Below are positions 18,278 to 27,589 of a DNA stretch of 64,000 nt, piece by piece. The DNA is from Candidatus Tepidiaquacellales bacterium UBA2330 (lineage in GTDB: Bacteria > Bacteroidota > Ignavibacteria > Tepidaquicellales > Tepidaquicellaceae): contig DDUU01000010.1 of NCBI GenBank assembly GCA_002344965.1, positions 3,773 through 67,772 on the forward strand, written 5' to 3'. Numbering within the stretch: the stretch's first letter is position 1; every line of letters starts with the position of its first letter. The notes beneath the pieces were generated by a model. It made no database searches. It had not been told where the DNA came from and worked only from the letters and a program-made list of their open reading frames with translations. A program made the position numbers and the translations under genes.

Positions 18278-20459
18278 GGAATATTTATATTTCTATTTTG
18301 AAGGCATAATTAACAGTTACTCACGTGTTTTCTTTTCTAAAAGTAAAATCTTTGCTTTCATTATTATTGTTGCAACGTTTATCAATCCCGCATCGGGTCT
18401 AAGCGGGCTGATAAGTCTTGCCGCTACGCTTTTATTTGCTGTATGGTTTGGTTATGACAAAATTTTTATAAGGGACGGTTATTACGGATTCAATTCGCTT
18501 CTGACAGGTTTAGCGCTTGGCGTTTACTATGAATTCTCTCCGGCATTCATTTTTGTTCTTTTGTTTGCATCAATGCTGACTCTATTGATAACAGTCTGGC
18601 TTGCCGTATTCCTCGGTTACTATAACATCCCTTTTCTTACAATGCCGTTTCTTCTCAGCACATGGATTTCAATTCTTAGTATCAGAACATTTAAGGCAAT
18701 TGAATTAAGCGAACGCGGAATTTATGTCTTCAATGAAGTTCAGAATTTCGGCGGAGTTTATCTTTTGAAATTCTATGATCAGATCATTAGTCTGAATATT
18801 CCGTTTGTCATCGACGCATATCTCAAATCACTCGGGGCTATTTTTTTTCAGTATAATATTTTTGCAGGTTTTATAATTGCAGCAGGAATTCTTTATTATT
18901 CCAGGATTGCATTTTCTCTTTCACTTGTCGGATTTTTCTCCGGTTACTTTTTTTATTTTTTTCAGAAAGCTGAATTCTCGGATGTGTATTACAGCTATAT
19001 CGGATTTAATTTCATCCTGACCGCTGTTGCGCTCGGAGGATTTTTCTTTGTTCCGTCCGGAAAAACTTTTTTACTTGTTATAATTGCAAGCCCCCTCGTT
19101 GCCGTTATACTCAGCGCATTCAGCTATATATTCAATATTATACAGCTTCCGATTTATTCTCTTCCTTTTTCTCTTATTGTAATTCTCTTTATTTTTGCCA
19201 TGAGCAGCAGGTTAACTCCCAAAGGAATTAACTATGTTACAAATCAGCAGAACTCCCCAGAGAATAATTTATACAAATATGCAAACAGGATTGAGAGATT
19301 TCAAAGGGATACTTATTATCATTTCCAGCTTCCGTTTTACGGAAAATGGTTTGTATCGCAGGGCATTAACGGAAAGATCACTCACATGGAAGACTGGAAA
19401 TATGCATGGGATTTTGTAGTGAAAGATGAATCCGGCAGGACTTTTAACAATACGGGAACATCGCTGAATGATTTTTACTGTTTCAATCTTCCCGTATTAG
19501 CATCTGCTGCAGGTTATGTTTCGGAAGTCGTAAATGATGTTGAAGATAATGAGATTGGCGGAGTTAATATTTCTGAGAACTGGGGAAATACTGTTGTAAT
19601 TAAACACGATAATTTCCTTTACAGTAAAGTTTCACATCTCAGGAAAAACAGTATCAGATTAAAGAAAGGTGATTATGTGAAAAAAGGTGACATTCTGGGA
19701 CACTGCGGAAATTCAGGCAGATCTCCGGAGCCGCATCTGCATTTTCAAATTCAGTCCAGTGATCTTATTGACGGTAAGACAATTAAATATCCTTTCTGTT
19801 ATTACCTTTTGGAAAAAGACAATGAAAATCTTTTCAGGTCTTTCGATTACCCGGAAGAGGGTGAAACGGTTATGAAAGTTCAAAGCACAAATCTTATAAG
19901 GGAATCTTTCAGATTTTCTCCCGGCACAGTTATGAATTTTGAATCTGAAAATGAAAAAGGAGAAAAGCAAAAAGTAAAATGGGAAGTATTCGTAGATGCT
20001 TATAACTATCCTTATATTTACTGTTACAATTCAAAATCATTCGCATATTTTATAAACAATGAAACGCTTCATTACTTTACTGACTTTACAGGAGACAGAA
20101 AATCACTATTGTATTATTTTTATTTGGCAGCGAATAAAATACTTCTCGGATATTATGATAATATGGAAATCAAAGACAAACTTCCTCTTTCAGGCATTTA
20201 TTCCGGTCCGTTAAAAATACTGCAGGATTTTATAGCTCCGTTTTATATTTTTCTGAAAGCGGATTATTCTTTTTCATTTAAATATATTGATAATGAATTA
20301 AACCCTTCTGAGATCGTAATTTCCTCACAGGCAGTTACCGGATTCGGTAAAACCATAAACAGAAAATTAGACTTTGAATTAACTTTAATTAATAACAATT
20401 TAAAAAAAATATTAATATCAGACGGCAAAAAAAACATATCGGCGGAATACATTTCCTGA
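18258..20459 (+). CDS. Fusion protein: urea-transporter (UT) family membrane domain + M23 (LytM-type) metallopeptidase domain + uncharacterised C-terminal domain
   Basis: The N-terminal roughly 330 aa are polytopic, with UT-like signatures (INSYSRVFFSKSKIF..., DGYYGFNSLLTGLALG). The central M23 domain reads WKYAWDF...GYVSEV...GNTVVIKHD...GDILGHCGNSGRSPEPHLHFQI. TTG start overlaps the decarboxylase gene by 20 nt. Confidence 0.7.
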   Translation: MKKEQAKEYLYFYFEGIINSYSRVFFSKSKIFAFIIIVATFINPASGLSGLISLAATLLFAVWFGYDKIFIRDGYYGFNSLLTGLALGVYYEFSPAFIFVLLFASMLTLLITVWLAVFLGYYNIPFLTMPFLLSTWISILSIRTFKAIELSERGIYVFNEVQNFGGVYLLKFYDQIISLNIPFVIDAYLKSLGAIFFQYNIFAGFIIAAGILYYSRIAFSLSLVGFFSGYFFYFFQKAEFSDVYYSYIGFNFILTAVALGGFFFVPSGKTFLLVIIASPLVAVILSAFSYIFNIIQLPIYSLPFSLIVILFIFAMSSRLTPKGINYVTNQQNSPENNLYKYANRIERFQRDTYYHFQLPFYGKWFVSQGINGKITHMEDWKYAWDFVVKDESGRTFNNTGTSLNDFYCFNLPVLASAAGYVSEVVNDVEDNEIGGVNISENWGNTVVIKHDNFLYSKVSHLRKNSIRLKKGDYVKKGDILGHCGNSGRSPEPHLHFQIQSSDLIDGKTIKYPFCYYLLEKDNENLFRSFDYPEEGETVMKVQSTNLIRESFRFSPGTVMNFESENEKGEKQKVKWEVFVDAYNYPYIYCYNSKSFAYFINNETLHYFTDFTGDRKSLLYYFYLAANKILLGYYDNMEIKDKLPLSGIYSGPLKILQDFIAPFYIFLKADYSFSFKYIDNELNPSEIVISSQAVTGFGKTINRKLDFELTLINNNLKKILISDGKKNISAEYIS

Positions 20460-20467
20460 TCATTATT

Positions 20468-21835
20468 TTGTTTATGATTTCCTTTTCTGAAGTCAGATCT
20501 CAGAGCGATTCAGCTTTGAATAACGCTGAAAAGATTTCTTATGATCTTTTCAGCAAAGGAAAATGGAACGAGCTTATCTCGTTTTCAGAAAACGCATTAA
20601 AGAAAAATATTGATTTTATTTTTCTGGGAGTCAGACTTGGTATCGCATATTATGAAACGGAGAAATACTTTGATGCAATTGTCCATTTAAAAAAAGCTTT
20701 TGACCTCGGATATGAAACTCCTTCTGCAATTGAATATCTGTATTACTCATATCTTCAGGCTGGCAGACAGGAAGATGCTGATTTTTATTTTTACCGGCTT
20801 CCTAAAAATAAAAGAGACAGAATAAAGCCGCAGGATAATTCATTTATGAATAAATTTTATGCAGACGGAGGGTTCGGATTCAGCAATGATAAAAGTAAAA
20901 ATGAAAACACTGATATTGACGGGAGCGATAATATATACGGAGAGCAGCTTATTAACAAAAACTATTTTTTTATCAGCCTGGGTTTTAAGCAGCTTCCTCT
21001 GAGATGGCTGAATTTAACATATAACTATAATTATCTGGATCTGAAAAAAGCAAAGGTAATAAAATATAATGATGTCAGTATCACTGATGACTACAAGCAG
21101 CAGCAGCAGCAGTTCTATCTTAAATTTGATATCAGAGCGGGAGACGGTTTTGTTATAAGTCCATCAGGTCATTATGTCTTTGTAAAGGATAAAACCATTT
21201 ATGCGGATTATGACAGCGCGACTTTCAGCTATAATGCGCAGACTATGAGTTATGATTCATTGAAATATTATTACAGCATACTTCAAAGAGAAAATATTCA
21301 GGATGATTACGTAATTTCCCTCTCGCTGTCCAAACAGTTTTATATTTACAAAACAGCTCTGCACGGCAGTTACTCGTTTCTTAACGGAAGCAATCAGACT
21401 CAGCTCGGAGCAAATATGACTTTTTATCCGAAAAAGAAAAATACTCTTTATACATTTTCAGATATAACTCTTCACAGTCAGAATGATGTAACGAATTTAA
21501 TTTTCTTTCAGTCAGCAGGCGGCAAACTTTATAAAGATCTGTGGGGTGAAGTCTTTGCGGCTTTCGGCAGAATGAATAATTACAATGAGCAGAACGGTGC
21601 GCTTGTATTTAATAATCCGGATGTGACCGTTTTTAAATTCGGCGCAGAGTTTAATTATTATTTCAGTAAAAATATTTCAGCATCGCTTGTGTACGTTAAT
21701 CAGCAGAGAGAAAAAAAGTATCTGACATATTCGTTATCAGGATTCAGTAACAATCTTCCTGTTACTTATCCTGAATTAGTTGATCTTAAATATTCAGTTA
21801 ATACAATCCTCGGAGGTTTTAAAATTTATTTTTAA
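20468..21835 (+). CDS. TPR-like N-terminal domain + predicted outer-membrane beta-barrel protein
   Basis: 455 aa with TPR-like helices at the N-terminus. The second half has alternating aromatic beta-strand patterning, and the protein ends in ...ILGGFKIYF with a terminal Phe. The N-terminus is uncertain because the signal-peptide h-region lies in-frame upstream of the first canonical start. Confidence 0.55.
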   Translation: MFMISFSEVRSQSDSALNNAEKISYDLFSKGKWNELISFSENALKKNIDFIFLGVRLGIAYYETEKYFDAIVHLKKAFDLGYETPSAIEYLYYSYLQAGRQEDADFYFYRLPKNKRDRIKPQDNSFMNKFYADGGFGFSNDKSKNENTDIDGSDNIYGEQLINKNYFFISLGFKQLPLRWLNLTYNYNYLDLKKAKVIKYNDVSITDDYKQQQQQFYLKFDIRAGDGFVISPSGHYVFVKDKTIYADYDSATFSYNAQTMSYDSLKYYYSILQRENIQDDYVISLSLSKQFYIYKTALHGSYSFLNGSNQTQLGANMTFYPKKKNTLYTFSDITLHSQNDVTNLIFFQSAGGKLYKDLWGEVFAAFGRMNNYNEQNGALVFNNPDVTVFKFGAEFNYYFSKNISASLVYVNQQREKKYLTYSLSGFSNNLPVTYPELVDLKYSVNTILGGFKIYF

Positions 21836-21851
21836 TAATAATCATAATAAC

Positions 21852-22484
21852 ATGAAGACATTTAAAATGTATTATAAATTATTTTTTTTCCTTTTCACAG
21901 CGTTTCTTATTAATGTAAATACGTCATTATCACAAAATGATCCCGTTACGGAAGCATTCTCTAAAAGCCTGAAAAACGAAGCGATTCCGGATTATACTCA
22001 GGCGATAAAAGATATCCGGGAAGTTTATCTTGCTGATTCCTATGAAATGAATCTCAGACTCGGTTGGCTTTATTATAAAAGTGAAAACTATAACGAATCT
22101 ATGAATTATTACCAGAAGGCAATTGATCTAATGCCTTATTCCATTGAAGCAAAACTTGGATATAACCTTCCTGCATCGGCTGCTAATCTCTGGGATAAAG
22201 TAATTGAAAATTATGATAAGATACTTCTGCAGGATCCGCAGAATACTTTTGTAAATTATCAGCTTGGAAATATTTATTACTACAGACAGGAATATTCCAA
22301 AGCCAGTTCGCTTTTTGAAAAAGTAGTGAATTTGTATCCGTTCGGATATGATGCACTGTTAATGTATGCTTGGACAAACTATCAGCTCGGACTTTACAGG
22401 GAAGCAAAAATTTTATTTAATAAAGTTCTTATGCAGAGTCCCGGTGACGCTTCTGCGCTTGAAGGACTCGGACTCATTAAATAG
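21852..22484 (+). CDS. Secreted tetratricopeptide-repeat protein
   Basis: The signal peptide is MKTFKMYYKLFFFLFTAFLINVNTSLSQ. Several TPR units follow (YNESMNYYQKAIDLMP, YQLGNIYYYRQEYSKASSLFEKVVNLYP, REAKILFNKVLMQSP). Confidence 0.7.
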   Translation: MKTFKMYYKLFFFLFTAFLINVNTSLSQNDPVTEAFSKSLKNEAIPDYTQAIKDIREVYLADSYEMNLRLGWLYYKSENYNESMNYYQKAIDLMPYSIEAKLGYNLPASAANLWDKVIENYDKILLQDPQNTFVNYQLGNIYYYRQEYSKASSLFEKVVNLYPFGYDALLMYAWTNYQLGLYREAKILFNKVLMQSPGDASALEGLGLIK

Positions 22485-22497
22485 GAACTGATAAAAT

Positions 22498-24687
22498 TCA
22501 TTTTAGAAGTATTAAACGATTTATCATTGCAGTATTTTCGAATTCCATTCTGCAAAAATAAAGACCTCCGGGCAGATCGCTGCCGTTAAACTCAATATGA
22601 TATTTTCCTTCTTTCCTAATATCATTTAAAAGAATTGCGACTTCTTTACCCAGAATGTTATAAACTTTTATATTTACAAATCCGCGCCGGGGAATTGAAA
22701 AACTGATCTGCGTGACCGGATTAAAAGGATTAGGATAATTTGTGAGTGATGAGATACTTTTTACACTTTTTTTATTTTTAAAAATCTCTGCAGATTGAAG
22801 GATAATGTCTTTCTCTGAATATAAGATACTTCCGTTTTCTCCAAATGCATAAATACCCGCACCGTCATAATTTAAAGATAGTATATTATTGTTTGTAATT
22901 AAGTTTATTTTTTGCCAGCTGACTCCTGCATCTTCTGAAAAAATCATGGTTCCTTTATTTCCGGCTGATATGACATTCAGATCATCAGTGAATAAAACTG
23001 AATTAAGATTTTTAAATTGAATGGGGCTGATGTAATGCCAGCTTTTCCCGCCGTCTGAGGTTCTGAATATCACTCCGTTTTCTCCGGTGATAATTCCCGT
23101 TCCGCTCCGGTTAAAAATTACTGCGTGAAGATCATAAGGCGTCAGATTTTTTATATTCCAGCTTACTCCGCCGTCATAAGTTGTTGCTGTACTTCCGTTG
23201 CCGCCAACGGCAAATCCGGTCATATAATCCTTAAAGTATATATCCCGAAACATTCCTTCACCCGGATTTTGGAAAATAATTTTCCAGCTTAATCCTCTGT
23301 CAGTTGTTTTATATATGATCCCTTTCCCGGAATTCTCAATTCCGCCGGCTAAGAATCCGCTGTATTTATCTTTGAAAAAAATTTTATTAACTGCTATACA
23401 CTTTACTGGCGGAGAAATTTCCATCCAGAAATCACCGCCGTCTGTTGTCCGGAATAACTTTCCTTTATTACTGCATACAAATCCTGTAAGCGGATCTGAA
23501 AACGTTACGCTGTTTAAAATTATATCCTTTGATATAAAAATTTTTTCCCATTCCGGAGAGCCGGCTTTTTTTCTCATTATCAGACCGCTGTCACCGGTGC
23601 AGTAAATCACGCTTTTATCTGTTACATAGCTGTCATTAAGATTACAATTATTTCCCGAAAGATTAACTAAATCTTTTCCGATGCCCGGCATTTTCAAAAC
23701 TCTGCCTCCGTTTCCCGATAATAATATATTATGATTATCATAGTAAAAGACATCTTTGAAAATTTCCGTTTTCAGATAACTGAATCTCTGTGAAGAGTCT
23801 GCATTCCAGCTGCTGCCTTCGTCAGTTGTCCATAGTATAGTTCCGAGGTCTGTAACTATAAATCCGCTGTCCGCATTTTCAAAATCCATTGCTCTTACAA
23901 GATCAACGCTGCCTCCGAAGAGATAGTGAAGACCGAGAGAATTTCTCTGCCAGTAATTTCCGCCGTCATTTGAGAAATAAAAATCTCCTGATGGGGAATT
24001 TCCCGCTGCATAAATTTTATTACTGTCTATATACTTGATTCCGGTAATCTGAGTCGCCGGCAGTATGCCTGCATTCAGCGCATTCCAGCTGATCCCGCCG
24101 TCTGTTGTTTTTATGATAATATTATACCCGCCGCAAACGCCTGTCAATTCATCTATAAAGCTTATACAAAAAAGCGGTAAACCGGTTTGGGCATTTATGC
24201 TTGTCCAGTTTTTCCCGCTGTCAGCGCTCCTCATTATAAATCCGTTTAATCCGCATATAAAATAATTATTGCCCGCAATATCAATGTCATGTAAATCCGG
24301 CATAGAAAAACCTGTTACATTTTCCCAGTTGATTCCGCCGTCTTCAGTTCTCGAAAGTACACCGTTTTTACCGGCGGCGATTCCGTTAACGGTATTGAGA
24401 AATTTTATTTTGTGAATGTTATTCTCAGTTCCTGATGAAAGTTTCTCCCAGTTTTTTCCTCCGTCAGTAGTTTTTAAAATGCATCCTAAATCACCTGCGG
24501 CAAATCCGGTTTGCTCGTTTATAAATTCTACAGAGTTTAATGTATTTCCTGCCGGAAGAGGATGTTGCCAGTGCCATTCGCTTTGGGAAAAAACTGACAC
24601 TCCTGATAAAAATATAAACGTAAAAGAAAACTGCACAATTCGTACAGCAGAATACATAATTTCAATAACTCTTTTCATAATGATCAT
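22498..24687 (-). CDS. BNR/Asp-box (Ycf48-like) multi-propeller protein with T9SS C-terminal sorting domain
   Basis: 729 aa with at least 11 S/T-x-D-G-G-x-x-W repeats (TTDGGKNWEKL, TEDGGINWENV, TTDGGISWNAL and others). The C-terminus reads NYPNPFNPVTQISFSIP...GGLYFCRME...RLILLK. Confidence 0.8.
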   Translation of the reverse strand: MIIMKRVIEIMYSAVRIVQFSFTFIFLSGVSVFSQSEWHWQHPLPAGNTLNSVEFINEQTGFAAGDLGCILKTTDGGKNWEKLSSGTENNIHKIKFLNTVNGIAAGKNGVLSRTEDGGINWENVTGFSMPDLHDIDIAGNNYFICGLNGFIMRSADSGKNWTSINAQTGLPLFCISFIDELTGVCGGYNIIIKTTDGGISWNALNAGILPATQITGIKYIDSNKIYAAGNSPSGDFYFSNDGGNYWQRNSLGLHYLFGGSVDLVRAMDFENADSGFIVTDLGTILWTTDEGSSWNADSSQRFSYLKTEIFKDVFYYDNHNILLSGNGGRVLKMPGIGKDLVNLSGNNCNLNDSYVTDKSVIYCTGDSGLIMRKKAGSPEWEKIFISKDIILNSVTFSDPLTGFVCSNKGKLFRTTDGGDFWMEISPPVKCIAVNKIFFKDKYSGFLAGGIENSGKGIIYKTTDRGLSWKIIFQNPGEGMFRDIYFKDYMTGFAVGGNGSTATTYDGGVSWNIKNLTPYDLHAVIFNRSGTGIITGENGVIFRTSDGGKSWHYISPIQFKNLNSVLFTDDLNVISAGNKGTMIFSEDAGVSWQKINLITNNNILSLNYDGAGIYAFGENGSILYSEKDIILQSAEIFKNKKSVKSISSLTNYPNPFNPVTQISFSIPRRGFVNIKVYNILGKEVAILLNDIRKEGKYHIEFNGSDLPGGLYFCRMEFENTAMINRLILLK

Positions 24688-24859
24688 CTCCTTTAATTAA
24701 TACCGGTTCAAATTATTTAAGCTGATGCCTAATGTCAAATGTTAATATTCTTCAGTTGTGAAAAGCGATTATCAATATTTATAATGTTTAACATTAATTT
24801 GCCGGAATTAAAACAATACCGAGTTTTTATTTATAAATTTCTATTGAGATTGATTAGTT

Positions 24860-25879
24860 TTGCAAATGCAGAAAAGGATTCTGATAGTCCGGACAGACAA
24901 GGTCGGAGATGTGGTAATGATAACTCCTGTGATTAGGGAGTTACGAAAGAAATTCCCGGATTCATTTATTGGTGTACTTACGAATGAAAATTCTTCTGAT
25001 GTATTAACAGGAAATCCGAATCTTGATGTGATCATAAAAGACAGTATGAGGAAAGATACTTTTACGAAAGTTGTAAAAGAGCTAAGATCATATAAATTCA
25101 CTGACGGACTTCTCATTATGCCGACAGAGCGGGCGGCTTATCAGATGTTTCTGGCAGGAGTTAGAAACCGCATAGGCGTCGGAAGAAAGCTTTACGAAGT
25201 TATTACATTAATGAAAAGCGTATCGAGAAATAAATACATTCCTCTCCGTCATGAAGCTGACTACTGTATGGATCTTGCAAGAAAACTCGGCGTTGTTACG
25301 AATGATCTTACTCCTGAGATTTTCTTGAGTGATGAAGAAATTATGGAAGGATTTGAGATACTAAACAGTATCGGATGTAAAGAGGACAGTGAAAAAATTA
25401 TAATTCACACCGGCTCGGGAAATTCATCACGCAACTGGAGTGAAGAAAAGTATTCTTTACTGATAAAGGAAATAATCCGGATTAAACCATCATCACAAAT
25501 TATTCTTACAGCTAAGGAAATGACTTCATCATTTCGAAATAAAATCAACGCATTGAAAAACAGTAATATTTTTTTTGCAGATCAGTCAGTCCGCAGGTTA
25601 AGAGATTTAATAAAGATCATTTCTAACTCTGATCTCCTGATAGCTTCATCCACCGGTCCGCTTCATATTGCGTCAGCGCTGAATATAAAGACCGTCGGAC
25701 TATATTGTCACAGACCGATGAATTGCGCTAAACACTGGGGTGCTTTGGGAAATATCGCTGTCAATCTGGAAGTCAGTAAGGAATTCTGTGATCTGAACTG
25801 CAGCAGCGATAAGGAAGTTTGTAATTTTGAAAACGGCATTGAGATAAGCGAAGTCATCAGAAATATCGGCTTAAAATGA
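24860..25879 (+). CDS. Glycosyltransferase family 9 (LPS heptosyltransferase-like)
   Basis: The N-terminal RILIVRTDKVGDVVMITPVIRELRKKFP is typical of GT9, as is the C-terminal SSTGPLHIASALN. The start may be the ATG at 24866. Confidence 0.8.
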   Translation: MQMQKRILIVRTDKVGDVVMITPVIRELRKKFPDSFIGVLTNENSSDVLTGNPNLDVIIKDSMRKDTFTKVVKELRSYKFTDGLLIMPTERAAYQMFLAGVRNRIGVGRKLYEVITLMKSVSRNKYIPLRHEADYCMDLARKLGVVTNDLTPEIFLSDEEIMEGFEILNSIGCKEDSEKIIIHTGSGNSSRNWSEEKYSLLIKEIIRIKPSSQIILTAKEMTSSFRNKINALKNSNIFFADQSVRRLRDLIKIISNSDLLIASSTGPLHIASALNIKTVGLYCHRPMNCAKHWGALGNIAVNLEVSKEFCDLNCSSDKEVCNFENGIEISEVIRNIGLK

Positions 25880-25957
25880 CATAAAATTTTAACTTTTATT
25901 TAATATATATCATTTTAAATTGCAAACTATTCTTAAACTTAATTAAAAAAGCGCAAA

Positions 25958-26656
25958 ATGAAATTTAAAAATCTAGGTTTAACAAAATACTTTTTATTAT
26001 CACTGTCTGTTATTGCTTCCTCTCTTAATTTCTATGGCTGTGAAGAAGATAATCCGGTGAATCCGGTTGTCAGCTACGGTTACATGAGCGTTTATCATAC
26101 GCTTGCGGGCGGACCTGCTGTCAATATTGAAATTAACGGAACCGTAGCAGCATCCGGAGTAACATATCTTCAAAGACTGGGGTATCAGCAGCTGACTTCA
26201 GGCAATAATAATCTGAAAATATTAGCGGGCAGCACAACAGTGATAGATACAACAATTTTCCTTTCTGAAAATAAATATTACTCCGTATTTGTTTATGAAA
26301 ATGCAGGAAATGTAATTGCTTTGATAACAACTGATAATCTAACGTCACCCGGATCCACAAACGCATCAGTCAGATTTATTCACCTTGCTCCGGGTACAGC
26401 AGCATTGGATATCGGCGCTGTCGGTAAAACTACTCCGTGGTTTCCGTTTTACACATACGGACAGGTAGCTGATTTCAGACCTGTCGTTGGCGGTATATAT
26501 GATCTTTATATGAATCAGGCCGGAACAAGTAATACACTGGCTACTCTTATAGACCAGGATCTTGTAGCCGGAAAAATTTATACTGTAATAGCAAAAGGCG
26601 TTCCGGGCGGAACAGGAGTTCAGGCGCTCGGATTAGCAACATATCAGAATCAGTAA
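25958..26656 (+). CDS. DUF4397-like lipoprotein
   Basis: The lipoprotein signal reads ...SSLNFYGC. The motif is repeated (HTLAGGPAVNIEING..., VRFIHLAPGTAALDIG). Confidence 0.6.
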   Translation: MKFKNLGLTKYFLLSLSVIASSLNFYGCEEDNPVNPVVSYGYMSVYHTLAGGPAVNIEINGTVAASGVTYLQRLGYQQLTSGNNNLKILAGSTTVIDTTIFLSENKYYSVFVYENAGNVIALITTDNLTSPGSTNASVRFIHLAPGTAALDIGAVGKTTPWFPFYTYGQVADFRPVVGGIYDLYMNQAGTSNTLATLIDQDLVAGKIYTVIAKGVPGGTGVQALGLATYQNQ

Positions 26657-26671
26657 TCTTTATTTTTTTTA

Positions 26672-26708
26672 AAAGAGAGTTCGCTATTTAACGGACTCTC
26701 TTTTTTTA
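26672..26708 (+). terminator. Rho-independent terminator
   Basis: AGAGAGTTC...GGACTCTCT hairpin followed by T7. Confidence 0.7.
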
Positions 26709-26723
26709 TTAATATAAATTGAA

Positions 26724-27470
26724 TTGAATCAGTCTGTTGTCTGTAAAAATTGCGGCAGCGAATTCACAGGCATCTTCTGCAGTAATTGCGGACAGAAAAA
26801 AATTCACGGCAGAATAACACTTCGTGAGATCACGCATAATTTTTTCCACTCATTTACTCATCTTGACTCGGGAATATTTTTTCTGATGAAAGAGCTTCTG
26901 TTCCGTCCGGGAACAGTAGTAAGAGAATATCTAGACGGCAAAAGAAAGAAATATTTCAATCCTTTTCAGTTCCTTATACTTGCAATAGCAGCGGCTACAT
27001 TTCTTGCCGTTAAATTTACACTGTTCGGTCCAAACATAAACCCTGATCTGATAAAAGGGATTACCGAACAGCAAAGATTCTTCATACTTTTCAATAATTT
27101 CATTTACAAATATTTCAATATCATACTATTTGTAAGCGTACCAGTTGCCGCCGCTTATTCAAGATTGATTTTCAGAAAGTCGGGATATAACTATGCTGAA
27201 AATCTTATATTTCAAACTTTTATTGCGGCGGAGAGAACGGTATTCTATATTGTGCTGACTCCGATGATTTACTTTACAAAATCAAACTGGACGATCGGCG
27301 TAGGAATATATTATTTGCTGTGGATAATTTATTTCGGATATGCCTTTGTCGGTTTTTTCGGAGGGAACAGATTCAGGACAATTTTAAAATATATTGCCGT
27401 GCTTTTGCTGCTTATTCTAACGAGTCAGACATTATCTATGAGTCTGTTTTATTTGTTTTTTTATGAGTGA
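26724..27470 (+). CDS. DUF3667-like zinc-ribbon membrane protein
   Basis: The N-terminal zinc ribbon is CKNCGSEFTGIFCSNCGQK, followed by multiple transmembrane helices. TTG start. Confidence 0.6.
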   Translation: MNQSVVCKNCGSEFTGIFCSNCGQKKIHGRITLREITHNFFHSFTHLDSGIFFLMKELLFRPGTVVREYLDGKRKKYFNPFQFLILAIAAATFLAVKFTLFGPNINPDLIKGITEQQRFFILFNNFIYKYFNIILFVSVPVAAAYSRLIFRKSGYNYAENLIFQTFIAAERTVFYIVLTPMIYFTKSNWTIGVGIYYLLWIIYFGYAFVGFFGGNRFRTILKYIAVLLLLILTSQTLSMSLFYLFFYE

Positions 27471-27589
27471 TGAAGAGTAATATTTTTAAAATTTATTTAT
27501 ACTTTTTTATAAAGCTATCTTCTTCTAAATTGATTTACACTTCATATTTATTTAATTTGCCGTACTTCATTCCCACATAAAAAATTAGA

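Noticed and set aside
24739-25116. Two short ORFs (65 aa plus strand, 91 aa minus strand) around the GT9 gene start
   Set aside because: They overlap the promoter/5' end of the GT9 heptosyltransferase-like gene, are low-complexity, and lack motifs.
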